Positions 28,660 to 41,861 of a stretch of DNA of 64,000 nt are shown one piece after another. The notes beneath the pieces were generated by a model, which was not told the DNA's origin, did no database searches, and saw only the letters and a list, made by a program, of their open reading frames with translations. Position 1 is the stretch's first letter. Every line of letters starts with the position of its first letter. Origin of the DNA: Eledone cirrhosa (taxonomy: Eukaryota); the NCBI GenBank assembly GCA_964016885.1, contig CAXHJY010001446.1:1-64000 (forward strand). The letters are read 5' to 3'. Position numbers and translations under genes: made by a program.

Positions 28660-28853
28660 TAACGAAGGAAATGTGGTAAGGAACCAGATGGACCATAACG
28701 CATCAAAGTACTCAATACTTAGGGTAGTAGAGTGGGTAATAGGAACAAGTAGGACCCCGACGACTGAGCTCAAGCCGTTTCGACGGCTAATTCTGGACTA
28801 ATTAGCCGTCGAAACGGCTTGAGCTCAGCCGTCGGGGTCCTACTTGTTCCTAT
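28660..28853 (-). mobile_element. Fold-back element family D
   Basis: ~55 bp inverted arms within 28739-28853 plus a unique tail containing GTACTCAA-N14-GAGT. Confidence 0.85.
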
Positions 28854-29299
28854 ATATATATATAAAGAGAGAGATGTAAAATCCTGAGGAGATGACGAAG
28901 GACCGTGAAAAGTGGAGAGATGCTGTGCTGAATAGGACCCGTCCAACCCTTGCAAGCAGGGAAAATGAGGATGATGATGATATACATATATATGCAGGTG
29001 TATACCTTTATTTGAGTGTGTATTCGTAGTTACAAAAGAAGGAGCCCTCAATACGTCAATATGGCGGTAATATATTATATTTACTTCATAGTAATTAAAG
29101 ATACATTTCATAGAATACTCAGTTTCATGATGTTAAGAAAAATACAAAATTGATTGAAGCAGCTTAATCCCAATTGAGCCATTAATTTTCAGTTCGTTTG
29201 AAAATATGTATTTCCTTATACTAGAATCTTAATAAAATAACAACTTTTAACTTTTAACAATCCATTTGTAGAAACATTGTAAATTCTGTCGGAGCCCTT

Positions 29300-29488
29300 G
29301 GCGGTGAATTGGCAGTATCGTTAGAGGGTTGGACGACATGCTTTCTAGCATAGTTTTGTCCCTTTACGGTATGAGTTCAAATCCCGTCGAGGTTAACTTT
29401 GCCTTTCATCCTTACGGGGTCAATAAAATAAAGTACCAGTAATATACTGGTTAATTGCTGGCCTTGTGCCAAAGGTAGAAACAATTAT
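29300..29488 (+). mobile_element. SINE family C
   Basis: Matches the family consensus; directly abuts the RTE 5' truncation. Confidence 0.85.
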
Positions 29489-29490
29489 AT

Positions 29491-30419
29491 GTGACAAAAT
29501 CAGCAGTGGTGGAGGGTGCTCGGAAAGTACAGTAGCTAGAGTCAGAACGGGATGGAAGAAGTTCAGAGAGCTTATACCACTATTGGCCGCTAAAGGGTTC
29601 TCTCTAAAAATGAAAGGCAGGCTGTATGATGCCTGCATACGAACAGCAATGTTACATGGCAGTGAGACTTGGGCATTGTGTGCAGAGGTTATACGCAGAC
29701 TGGAGAGGAACGAAGCTTGCATGCTCCGTTGGATGTGTAATAGTAATATACGTGAACGGCAAAGCATAAATGAACTAAGGGAGAAATTAGGAATAAGAGG
29801 AATCAGATGTTTACTCGAGAGAAGACTACGTTGGTGTGGTCACGTGATGCGCATGAAAGATGACAGCTGTATAAAAAAGTGCAGGGCGATAAAAATAAAC
29901 GGTAGCCACGGAGTAGGCAGACCCAGAAAAACCTGGGACGACTTGATAAATTCCGACCTCACACACTTACACCTCTCCAAGACAATGTCACTGGACCGAG
30001 ATCTTTGGCGCTACACAGTAATACAGAAGACCCGCCTTGCCTAAGTACAAAGCGAAACCTACAGTCAGTAGGCACCTCTAACAAAAATACACCCCCTCCC
30101 CATCCACACCACCCCTTTCGATGTAAAGTTATGTTGGTATCACAACATCCAGGCCGAAATAAATGAGGTCGTGTAGGTGTCACGAAAAAAAAAAACACAC
30201 ACACAGTCCACGCTGTAATGTGGCCGTGTAGGTAACACGGTAAAAACCTTCCAGTCCACACTGTAAACGTGGTTGGTGTTAGGAAGGGCATCCAGCCGTA
30301 GAAAACCCGCCAGACAGTCCTATGCGAGCAAGATAACCAATCTTGCCACAAGTAAGAAAACTCCCGTCCAAACCCATGCAAGCATGGAAGATGGACGTTA
30401 AACGATGATGATGATGATA
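29491..30419 (+). mobile_element. 5'-truncated RTE-clade LINE (ORF C-terminus 29491-30044 plus 3' UTR)
   Basis: [13 protein letters not shown]...[20 protein letters not shown]...RRLRWCGHVMRM...GRPRKTW are RTE hallmarks; (GAT)n tail. Confidence 0.92.
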
Positions 30420-30429
30420 TATATATAGT

Positions 30430-31354
30430 AATAATAATAAATTTGAAGACTAAAATCCAAAGAGGGCTCGATAAGGATAAATATATATCAAATATATAAG
30501 AACCGTAGAGCAAATATTTATTAAAATAACAGATTAAAGTTTAAGCAAAGAATCGCTGCTTTCACCCTTAACGGGATCTTCTGAAACTATAAAAATCAAT
30601 CTGTGTACGCAGAAGTAAATATTTCGAAAAACGTTGTAATTGTAGGAATCGGGTTTACTGCACCCTATCCGGGAAATGCCTCTCTAGTAACATTGTCTAC
30701 AAATGTAAGGTTGAAACACTCACATCCTGTAGGGCCTACATAGGGTTAACCGCCAATAGATTCAAGCAGCGTCTTTACATGCATACCCATTCTTTTCTTA
30801 ACCCTTTAAGAAGGAATATGACGTCACTTTCAGCTTATATCTGTAGTCTAAAAGACAACCACACCCAATATAAGTTACACTGGGAGATCCTAGCTAAGGC
30901 TAGATCGTATAACGGAAATAAAAGACCATGTGACCTCTGCACCGCAGAAGCCCTGGAAATACTCAACGCCAAAGACCACATCTTAAACAAAAAATCTGAG
31001 GCAATTTCAGCTTGTAAACATAAATTGCACAAAACTTTCCTGTATTACAGCCCCACATTATACCCTAACAGATAGTACAAACTATACGCGGATATTTTAC
31101 GTCTTGATGTGGTAGCTAAGTATATGTTATGTTTATACCATTACTTATTTGTATAGGTAAGTATATATTACCTGTATGTTTTGTGAAGGGGACGTTTCCA
31201 CAAACCAAAATATCGTCTTCCTGTCTTCCTTCGGTTGCAACGTTTTTCGAAATATTTACTTCTGCGTTCACAGATGAATTTTTTTAGTTCCAGAAGATCC
31301 CGTTAAGGGTGAAAGCAGCGATTCTTTGCTTAATCCTTAATCTGTTATTTTAAT
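30430..31354 (+). mobile_element. Penelope-like element fragment with inverted pseudo-LTR
   Basis: ~118 bp inverted repeats (30519-30636 / 31238-31354) flanking a GIY-YIG coding segment. Confidence 0.85.
30635..31075 (+). CDS. PLE C-terminal GIY-YIG endonuclease, 5'-truncated, probably Naiad-type
   Basis: Open frame CNCRNRVYCTLSGKCLSSNIVYKCKV...AYIGLTANRFKQRLYMH...SLSAYICSLKD...WEIL...CDLCTAE...LNKKSE...CKH. Confidence 0.85.
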   Translation, partial: CNCRNRVYCTLSGKCLSSNIVYKCKVETLTSCRAYIGLTANRFKQRLYMHTHSFLNPLRRNMTSLSAYICSLKDNHTQYKLHWEILAKARSYNGNKRPCDLCTAEALEILNAKDHILNKKSEAISACKHKLHKTFLYYSPTLYPNR

Positions 31355-31416
31355 ATATATATATATGTATGTGTGTGTACACATATAACTTCATAAAGTT
31401 TATATATACACACATG

Positions 31417-31448
<32 letters not shown>

Positions 31449-33106
31449 ATTTTTTTCATTTTATAGTAGGTTTGTTTGCTCATTTACTGCAAAGATTTCT
31501 GCTTCGTAAATCATCCTTTGCAACGTCAGTTTATTCTTATCCAATAACAACTCAACAAAAGATATTTTTATCATTATTATTATTATTATTATTAGTAGTA
31601 GTAGTAGTAGTAGTAGTAGCAATAGGAGTAGTAGTAGTTGTACTACTACTTTTAGTGTTAGTTTTTATTATAAGTATATTATCAGTTAAAGGTAACGACC
31701 AAATAGTCGACATTTCAATAGAAGTCTATGACAGAGAGTAAAACCAAACAAATAACAACATAGTAAAAGCTTCAGTGACTCAGCAGAAATATTTCAAATA
31801 AAATAAGAGAAGCTGAAATCTCTCTAAGTTGTCCACCGGAGACATATTTAGTCATGTTATACCTTCTATTTAAACTTTATACATTTTACATTTCACGAAC
31901 CTATCTATACATATGTATGCATATTCAAATATATACATACTCGCACACACAGACATACGCACACACCAACACGCAGATATATATGTACTATATATATATT
32001 TATATGAACACACACATACATGTATATACATATATACATATATGTGTGTGTTCATATGAATATATATATATGCACACATTATCATCATCATCACCGTTTT
32101 ACGTCCGTTCTTCCATTCTAGCATTATATATATATATACTCATGTACACACACAATTACACACATGTATACGGAACCTCTTTTCTTTCCCTCATGTCATA
32201 TTGCCGTGTTTGCTCTCAATCAATTTTCCTAAAGATTCTTTCTTACCCCCTTATTAAGCCTTCCATTCAACAATAAAGCTGACAACTTCTTGAAAATTTA
32301 ATGGATTTAGGAACGCTATTGTTCCAACCTATGAAGGAACTTGATAAAATCTCTAAAAAATTTAAATTTGAACATAGTTGTGGCCTTAATACACATACAG
32401 ACTCAAGTACATGCATACACACACGTATATAGATGTATGTTGATGTAGTTAGGCCTGAATGTACATGTGTATGTATATACACACACACATATATATATAT
32501 AGTAGGCACAACGAAATCAAAAATATAATGTATGTTGCTTGTATGTTTAGAGTCTTAAGTGGAGAGTGAGTTATTGGCTAATTTGCTTTGGAATGTTCTG
32601 GAATCTTCTTCATCCTATATTTAAAAGCAAGCAACACATGAATGAGCCCGCTATAATGAAAGTTACGACAACGTTCCATAGAAAATGGCGGATGGCTTCT
32701 TAACGACATCCTTACAAAGATTCAGCCATTTTACGTATTATATAGCTTAATGGCTTCTATTCTTTGAAGTCTGCTTTTCTTTTGGTGTATTTTGTTGGTT
32801 TCGTTGTTGCTGAAATTGCACCTTTTCATTTTGTTGTTCTTGTTTCTATTGCTGTATCTATTGTTGTTGTTATTGTTATTATTGCTCATACTGTTGTTGC
32901 TGATGGTGCTCTTATTTTTGTTGTTGCTGTTTGTGTTATTCTTATCGCTGCTGTTGTTATTGTTATTCTTGCTATAGTTGCTGGTATTGGTGATTGTAGG
33001 TTATTTTATATATTTCTTAAATACCAGATAGGCACGGACAATGGAGGGAAATAGTATATGAGTGTAGACTGACTATCAAGGAATGATGCTAGAGCTGTGA
33101 AAGCTT

Positions 33107-33248
33107 GCATGCGTTAATTTCAACTTTTTTTTATTTTATTAAAAACTGCATTGTTTCATTCCAGGGATTATGTTGAAAAATAAATCTCATTTGGTCATTC
33201 CATGAGAGTATCTTGGTCAGCCTATGAACTTTTCAGCTGCCCTTCGTA
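33107..33248 (-). mobile_element. Mariner-like terminal inverted repeat fragment
   Basis: Minus strand begins TA-CGAAGGGCAGCTGAAAAGTTCATAGG, resembling TA-CGAGGG...AAAAGTT mariner termini. Confidence 0.6.
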
Positions 33249-34505
33249 TATAGCGACAGGGATAACAAAGAAAAAAAAATTGTCTGATTGACAAATATAA
33301 GAATGGAATAGAGTATAACCACTTTCAGTTTTATTCCCCATTAGTTTTCTATAAGCTCCACCACCATCCAATAGGTTTCTAGATGTCGTCTGCAATGAAT
33401 AAATAGAAATTAGACTAATAAGATTAAAAAATGTATTGGAAAATATCAAAAAGGAAAAATAGATTAATAATGACAATTAATAATGACAATTAATAATTAG
33501 GTATTTTATGATATATTTTTGCATATTTTCCATGGCTGGTTCCAATCTTGTGTGTTACATTTCTGTTATGAAATCAATATTAGAAAACATTATTGGACTG
33601 AAAGTTATACAAAAGAAATGTCAATTAGTACTTAATAATGTACTTTTTCATGTAACTGCATAGATGTGGTTGTTTTTATTTTTTTTTATTCTTAATCTTG
33701 ATGTAAACAGTTGTGAGCCATACTGCCGCAAAGGCAGATAAATCGGACATTTTGAGATTATCACTGAACTGACAAGTATTGGAAAAGAACGGAGATTACT
33801 ATCTTATAAATTCTATTTTATGTTTATTTTCCTTCTTTTATTATTAATATAATTCCATATATCCATTTGATTCCTGACTTCAGGTTAGAATGAAGTGATC
33901 GCAAATGTCTGCAAAAGAAACCAGAATCAGACTTGAGAAGAAAAACATTTGATTGAAAAGTACATAAAAGGAATTCAGATTAATAGTTCCAGGCTGTTTT
34001 TATATATTTTCTTTCATATAAAGTTCCATAGACCTAGTTCCAAGCTCTGTATTTTCTCCTTGCCTAATCCGTCGTTCTTATCTAATGCGGATATTGTCTG
34101 CTTTTTTTATATGCTGGCAAATACTGTGTGTAATAGCATGGGAATAAAAATGTATATATGTTGGTTCTTTGTGTGTACATGTATGAATATTTGTATGTAT
34201 CTGTGTGTACTTTGGTATGTGATCAAGTCTCTGTATGTATCTGTTTATGTGGTTGTGTGAGCTAGGGTTATGGATTCAATGGTTTCTTTAAAAAGGAAAG
34301 AGAAAAAAGATAACAGAAAAACACACACACACAAAACTGCAGACATATAAATATATATATATGAATATATATGTATATATAAATATATACATATATATGT
34401 GTGTAGGTATATATATTTGTAGTAAGGTTGCTTCGATGCATCCATAGGCGGTATGCCAGTTGAGCACTCTATGAATATATATATATATATACACACACAC
34501 ACATA

Positions 34506-34551
<46 letters not shown>

Positions 34552-34589
34552 ATATTAATAAATGGAAACTATATTTATAAAACCATATT

Positions 34590-34655
34590 TATTTTATTAT
34601 ATATATTTCAAGGGCAATCAAGGCAAATTATGGTGCGCTTTCATCAGATAAAATA
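34590..34655 (-). ncRNA. Minimal type-I hammerhead ribozyme
   Basis: tattttat-CTGATGA-stem II-GAAA-T-ATAT-A-TA-ataaaata on the minus strand. Confidence 0.75.
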
Positions 34656-34827
34656 CAGATTTGTTTTATAAATAAATATTGACATACCCGGAAAAAAGAC
34701 AACCTTAACGGCTGGAGCTTCCTGTATAGTGGAGATAATATTTTATTGAGGGTAATACAAAGTTATACAAAGTGAGTATGCAAATGAGTGTCCGGGTATG
34801 TCAATATTTATTTATAAAACAAATCTG

Positions 34828-34893
34828 TATTTTATCTGATGAAAGCGCACCATAATTTGTCTTGGTTGCCCTTGAAATATATGTAATAAAATA
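34828..34893 (+). ncRNA. Minimal type-I hammerhead ribozyme
   Basis: tattttat-CTGATGA-aagcgcacc..ggttgccctt-GAAA-T-ATAT-G-TA-ataaaata; 8-bp stem I. Confidence 0.75.
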
Positions 34894-35026
34894 AATATGG
34901 TTTTATAAATATAGTTTCCATTTATTAATATATTGTGTATTTACTCCACTAAATTGTTGAGTGCTTTATATCAGTTATAAAAATTGTTAAGCTTGTCGAA
35001 TCCCAACAAATTAAATATAACCTCTG

Positions 35027-35072
<46 letters not shown>

Positions 35073-35313
35073 TATATACACACACATATACATATATATA
35101 TATATGCACACACACACACATATATATACACACACACACACATGCATATATATATATATATATACATACACATATATATATACACACACACATGCATATA
35201 CATATATATATACACACACACATATATATATATATACACACACACACACATACATATATATATATACACACACACACATGCATATATATATACACACGCA
35301 CACACATGCACAT

Positions 35314-35344
<31 letters not shown>

Positions 35345-35933
35345 CATATTTTGATCTCGTCCTATAGATTAGGAGTTTCACATGATTGAGAGCACCTCCT
35401 TAATTTCTTGCAATGTGAATAAAGAGTCATGTTATAGAGAAACAAATAGATATTATTGTCAATGTAGTTAATTGACATATTTGATGGATAATTAAATACA
35501 TTTTGGAAATACTTCAGATATTTCTTCAGTATGACAACATTTCCCATTAGAGTGAAATGATATTTCTACTGGCATATTTAATTGGCACTGTTCCTATCTT
35601 TTGGGACCCAAAGCTTTTCAAATATGTTGCTTGTTTGGTTCCTATCTATGTGGTTTTGTATTTGGTTGGCTTTGTCAATTCACCACAGTGCATGTTTCTG
35701 TCTTCAAATGGTTTTGAAATTCATTTCATGATAAAATCTCTCTTTCACATTGGAATTCAAATTGTTCTTCTTGTCAAGTTAAACTTTACATTTCTCTTCT
35801 GTTACAGATTTTTCCGATTGCAGAAACTGCTTCTATTGCTCAGAGAATTGGTCAAATAATGTAGGATCTCTGAGGTATTGAAACAAATATCAGCCAAAGC
35901 AAAGATGTAAAAATAAATATATATATATATATA

Positions 35934-35983
<50 letters not shown>

Positions 35984-35989
35984 TGAGTC

Positions 35990-36084
35990 AGAACTCTGAT
36001 GGCTGAGCTTATTCATATAACCATACTCTACTACCCCAAGTATTGAGTACTCTGGTGAGTAATGGTCTAACCAGTTTCTTATTG

Positions 36085-36088
<4 letters not shown>
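35990..36088 (+). mobile_element. Diverged family D tail
   Basis: ACTCTACTACCCCAAGTATTGAGTACTCTGGTG matches the family D tail. Confidence 0.65.
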
Positions 36089-36145
<57 letters not shown>

Positions 36146-36201
36146 ATATATATATATGGGTACATGCTGAAGCATATAAACAATATGCCCCCCCCCCCCC
36201 C

Positions 36202-36477
36202 CCACCGCAAGGTGGTCGTGGAGGTGCCACGGCAAAAAAGCACCCAGCCCACACTGTAAAGTGGACGTGTAGGCGCCACGAAAAAGCACCCAGCACTCAC
36301 TGTAAATGAGGTTGGTGTTAAGAAGGGCATCCAGCTGTAGAAATCAAGCCAGATCAGTTCCTGTATGAGCAAGGCATGGTCAGCCGACCAGACACTGCCC
36401 ACAACAGGACAACCCGTCTAACCCATGCTAGCGTGGAAGAACGGACGTAAAACGGTGATGATGATGATGATGATGAT
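36202..36477 (+). mobile_element. 5'-truncated SINE family A (variant tail)
   Basis: Matches 41600-41861. Confidence 0.8.
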
Positions 36478-38280
36478 ATATATAAAAACGGTAGTTGATA
36501 GCAGATTAAATGTAACTAAGAATGCAGTTTTAATTTTGACTTTTTCAATGTTTCTCTTGAAAATAGGTAAAATAATGATTTCTTTATTGGCCACTAGTGA
36601 GTCCATCGTTTCAAATCTATATAAAATATGGTCTATTATGAACAGCTGACACAACTGTTGGAATACTATGAAAGTTATCTGAACAGAAACAAAACAAAAA
36701 AATGTTGTTAACTATAAAAGGTATTGATTTGAAAAATTTAGAGAGGAACAAAGATTACAAATTATATTATTAAAATATAATTTGATAGTTCAAGATTTTA
36801 AAGAGAAATTGTAATCATTGTTCATATTTATATTTAATCTATTCTAAAGTGAATTCCCATTGGTATCAAAGTTACTGCTAATATATATTACGGAGTACTC
36901 CAGGCAAAATATGATACATTGGGTTATATATATGTATATATATGTATATATCTATATAATAGTAATAGGTGGTTCAGTAGATTTGTGGTTTACTGAGGTG
37001 GGTTTTTTTCTACCATATATATATATGAGTGTGTGTTTCTGTGTACATACATATATATATGTATGTAAACAGAAATAACAACACAATCGGTACAGTATAT
37101 GGAAGGGATATATTAGGTTAACACTTGATATAGCAGGAAGATGTCTTACCGTTTTGGACGCTAGTACTTCATCAGAAGAAAGAATGAGAAATAAGATAGG
37201 TTGGGGGGATGGGCGGGATGATTGGAGATGGTATCTGCCGGGTTTTAAAGTGCCAAGAAACTGTATGTCACTGTATGTCACTATGGTGCCCCTATGACTC
37301 CATCAGGAGTTCCATACCTACATAGAAACACACATACTTATATGTGAATGTGTGTGTGTTTGTGTATGCGTGTAAATATGTACATGCATACATACAAACA
37401 TCAATGCACATGTATTATAAATTATGGAAATAGAAATGCATTTTCCTCACTACATTCAAATAAAACGTCTTTTAGGAATTAGGTTATGTGCAGAGAGATT
37501 GTAGAATGATTGTGAGTTAACACCAGCTTTGAGAGAGTATTTAAAGAAATTGTTGATCTGACAGGTAAAACTTCCAACATGTTCCTGTTAGATGGAAAAA
37601 TATTTGCTGCTAGAAAATTTGGTTTGGATCAGCATAAATAATAGAAGAGTGTGTAGTTACAGTTTTATTAAAGCACACACACACACATATATGTGTGTAA
37701 ATATACATATATTTATATATATATATTAACCTGTTAGTTTTTTTGTAACTTTGGTATTGTGTGGTTAGGTTTTGCCTACCGCAATGTTCAATTTGTCAAG
37801 CTATTTAAACATGTTATTACTCTAAGGATCTACCCTTATTGAGTGCTTTGCTAACTCATTCCTATTGTAGGTCGACCTTGCTTGCCCACAGCCAAAGCTT
37901 CAATTTTACTAAGCTTCCACTTACATATCATCATCATCATCACCGTTTTACGTCCGTTCTTCCATGCTAGCATGGGTTAGACGGTATTATATATATATAC
38001 ATACAATATATATATACATACATTATATATATACATACATTATATATATATTCATACATTATATATATATTCATACATTATATATATATTCATACATTAT
38101 ATATATATTCATACATTATATATATATTCATACATTATATATATACATACATTATATATATATACATTATATATATATACATTGTATATATACACATTTA
38201 TTATATATATATACATTATATATATACACATATATTATATATATACATATATTATATATATACATACATTATATATATAC

Positions 38281-38468
38281 AGTGAATTGGCAATATCGGT
38301 AGAGGGTCGGACGCCATGCTTTGACGCATAGAGTTACGGCCCTTGCCATTCTGAGTTCAAATCCCGCCGAGGTTGACTTTGCCTTTCATCCTTACAGGGT
38401 CGATAAAATAAAGTACCAGTAATGCACTGGGTAATTGCTGGCCTTGTGCCTAAAGTAGAAACAATTAT
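38281..38468 (+). mobile_element. SINE family C
   Basis: Matches the family consensus. Confidence 0.85.
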
Positions 38469-38519
38469 ATATATATACATATGTAAATATACATATATTT
38501 ATATATATATATATATATA

Positions 38520-38716
38520 TAACGAAGGAGGTGCGGTAAGGAACCAGATGGACCATAATGCACCAGAGTACTCAATACTTAGGGTAGTAGAATGGGTAAT
38601 AGGAAAATGTTTGACCCCAACGGCAGAGCTCAAGCCGTTTCGACGGCTATTTCTGGACTCAGAAATAGCCATCGATACGGCTTGAGCTCTGCCGTCGGGG
38701 TCAAACATTTTCCTAT
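38520..38716 (-). mobile_element. Fold-back element family D
   Basis: Inverted arms plus the same unique tail as 28660. Confidence 0.85.
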
Positions 38717-39454
38717 ATATATATAAGCAGTGATTTAGAAGTAGCTGCAATGCAGTTTGGTAGAGTTTTAAATATAAGAACAAACAGAAGAACATGTCTA
38801 ACAAACAGAAGAACATGTCTACTTTTGAATATTTAATAATCTGATATTTCGATGTTTTACAGAAAAAACTGTAAAAAAAAAGCGGTAATCTTTAGTGTTA
38901 GATATTCTCATGTAATCTAACCAACATAGAATCATCATGGCTTTCTAAATACCTCACTCACTCTTTTTTTTACATTTCGCAGTATTTCAAGCCGATACAT
39001 TACTACTACCACCACCACAGCTACTACTGCTACTACTAGTACTACTATATACATGTAAGTATGTACCTGTATATATTTATTGGAACAGAATAAACTCTCC
39101 TCTCTCACTCTATCTGTATATTTCTAACACACTCACACACTCATTGTATATTTCTAACACACTCACACACTCATTGTATATAGTTGTATCAATATATGTA
39201 TATAAAGGACACAATTTTTTATGTCATATAATTCTTCAAGAAAACAGGGACTTCGAAGTCTCACATAATGCCACTAATCAATCTATATATATATATATCC
39301 AAGGAGTGTAACTTGGAGTTACTGTTGGTTAACCTGGGTGAGCACTTGATGTTTAGGTTCACTTCAGTGTCGAGGTGTAGAGCTATACAGAGTGTATTAT
39401 CGTTAAATAAGATAACAAGGATGATTGGTTACTATTTCATTATGTTTATTGGTT

Positions 39455-39539
39455 GGTGACGCGCGCTTCGCCACTGACCAGCTCAAGGTTCGATCTGTAT
39501 CGATCTGACCTAACTCTGTAATCCGCAGCTCGTCAGACC
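39455..39539 (-). ncRNA. Minimal type-I hammerhead ribozyme, variant
   Basis: ggt-CTGACGA-gctgc...gtggc-GAAG-C-GCGC-G-TC-acc; A15.1>G; palindromic GCGC loop. Confidence 0.6.
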
Positions 39540-39565
39540 TCTATATATATATGTATGCATATATA

Positions 39566-39720
39566 TCATCATCATCATAGTTTGACGTCCATCTTTCACG
39601 CTAGCATGGGTTAGATGGGAGTTGTCCTACTTGAGGCAAGGTTGGTCGGGTGACTGTGTCTCGCTCATATAGGACTATCTGGCAGGTTTTCCCTTTCTAC
39701 AAACTAGAACTTTAGTCTTA
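39566..39720 (-). mobile_element. Internally deleted RTE fragment
   Basis: RTE 3' tail joined to 24 nt identical to 43902-43925. Confidence 0.7.
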
Positions 39721-40373
39721 TATGTATGCATATATATATGTCTAAATATATCAACACATGGTGGCTGCCAACTCGTCTTCGAGTACGGTCACTACTTTAT
39801 ATCCATGTAGGAGAACCCCTACCGATGCGCTGAACGAGTGTGACTTTTTAGTCCAGCCAGCGACTTGAAAACTCTGATACAAACACAACACTTGCGACAA
39901 TTATTGACACATAGTGCTGGGCCCATGGTACCATGTGACGACAAGTGCAGAGAGATCTCCAGATATAAAGCAATGCCTGTGCCGTGAAGCTTTTATAGTG
40001 AGCAAAGGCACTGCACAAAGCCAGTCCCACTCTCTTAACCAAGATGATATTTACCAAAAAGAAGAACAAGTCAACATCATTGGATACCATCAGGGTTGCA
40101 GGTGTTATGTTTTCCTTCTCCTAGAATTCTGCCTTGACAAAGGCTAAGAGGTCAACATATACATACATACTTACATACATATAAATATATACATCCATAT
40201 ATATACATCCATATATATATATGTATATATATATATATGTATATATATATTTATATGTATGTAAGTATATATTTATATGTATGTAAGTATGTATGTAAGT
40301 ATGTATGTATATGTTGATATATTTACACATACACACACACACACATATATATGCATACATATATATATATATA

Positions 40374-40482
40374 TCATCATCATCGTTTAATGTCTATCTT
40401 CCATGCTAGCATGGGTTAGACGGGAGTTGTCCCAATTTGAGGCAAGGTTGGTCTGGTGACCGTGTCTCGCTCGTATAGGACT
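40374..40482 (-). mobile_element. RTE 3'-tail fragment
   Basis: Homologous to 39566-39675 and 42571-42680. Confidence 0.75.
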
Positions 40483-40495
40483 ATATATATATATA

Positions 40496-40834
40496 GGCAC
40501 ATGGCTTAGTGGTTAGAGCATTGGCCTTGCAATCGAAAGGTTGTGAGTTCAATTCCCAGACCGGGTGATGTTTTGTTTCATTGAGCAAGACACTTTATTT
40601 CAAATTGCTCCAGTTTACTCAGCTGTAGAAATGAGATGATAGGGACTAGGGTCCCTATCATTCCACTGCAAAGTGGTTGTGGAGGTGCCATGGCAAAAAA
40701 GCACCCAGTACTCACTGTAAATGAGGTTGGTGTTAGGAAGGGCATCCAGCTGTAGAAATCAAGCCAGAATCAGTTCCCGTCCCACCCTTGCAAGCAGGGA
40801 AAAGCGGACGTAAAATGATGATGATGATGATGAT
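40496..40834 (+). mobile_element. SINE family A
   Basis: Near-identical to 44133-44468. Confidence 0.9.
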
Positions 40835-41450
40835 ATATATGCATGTGTCTGTATGGGTGTGTGTGTTTTTGTGGTTTTTTTCAGCATGGAAATATGTACA
40901 TTTACAAAAGCATATATTTTACAAAATCACAATCGCAAGATTACAAGATAATTAGCAATAAAACGAGATGAAGATTAACAATCAAATATTCTGAAGACAA
41001 AACAGAAAATATGGAGAAATATCCGGAATAAATTAAAGCTGCCAGACTTTAGAAAGAGACAAAAATGAACACTTGTGTTCTGTTATTCCTCACAAGGCTG
41101 TGATACATCAAGATTAATAGAATACACATGATGTTGAGAGCTTTTTCCTTATTACACCAAGGATTTGCAGATTGGAGTGACACAATCACAACTTCAGCCC
41201 CACTACCAATTAGGAAATAGTCTATAACATAGGTATATATAAAGATATATATTTAAAGATATATATATATATATATTTATAAAGATAGATATATATATAT
41301 ACCTACACACACAAGCCAAAACTGTTTGGGACCGCAGTCGGTATTTCACATATCTCTATACCCACTCTGCATCTCCCTATGTATTGAGTACTCCAATCAT
41401 TGCTGGTCTTCCCGGTCTAAGCACCGCAGACTCTCTCCCTCTCTCTCTCT

Positions 41451-41861
41451 GGTTAGAGCATTGGGCTTGCAATCGAAAGGTTGTGAGTTCAATTCTCGGA
41501 CCAGGTGATGTGTTGTTTCCTTGAGCAAGACACTTTATTTCACATTGCTCCAGTTTACTCAGCTGTAGAAATGAGATTATAGGGCCTGGGGTCCCTATCA
41601 TTCCACTGCAAAGGTGTTGTGGAGGTGCCACAGCAAAAAAGCACCCAGCCCACACTGTAAAGTGGACGTGTAGGCCCCATGGAAAAAAAGCACCCAGCAC
41701 TCACTGTAAATGAGGTTGGTGTTACGAAGAGCATCCAGCTGTAGAAATCAAGCCCATATGCGCAAGACAAAGTCAGCTGACTGGACACTGCCCACAACAG
41801 GACAACCCGTCTAACCCATGCTAGCATGGAAGAACGGACGTAAAACGGTGATGATGATGAT
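41451..41861 (+). mobile_element. SINE family A, variant tail subtype
   Basis: Head truncated; extra CACACTGTAAA repeat and an alternative tail shared with 36202-36477. Confidence 0.85.

Larger units (their letters stand above)
34547..35030 (+). mobile_element. PLE-type fold-back element with two hammerheads
   Basis: Arms ~34547-34692 and ~34790-34936, ~97 bp spacer, tail containing ACTC-N10-TTGAGTGC. Confidence 0.85.
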
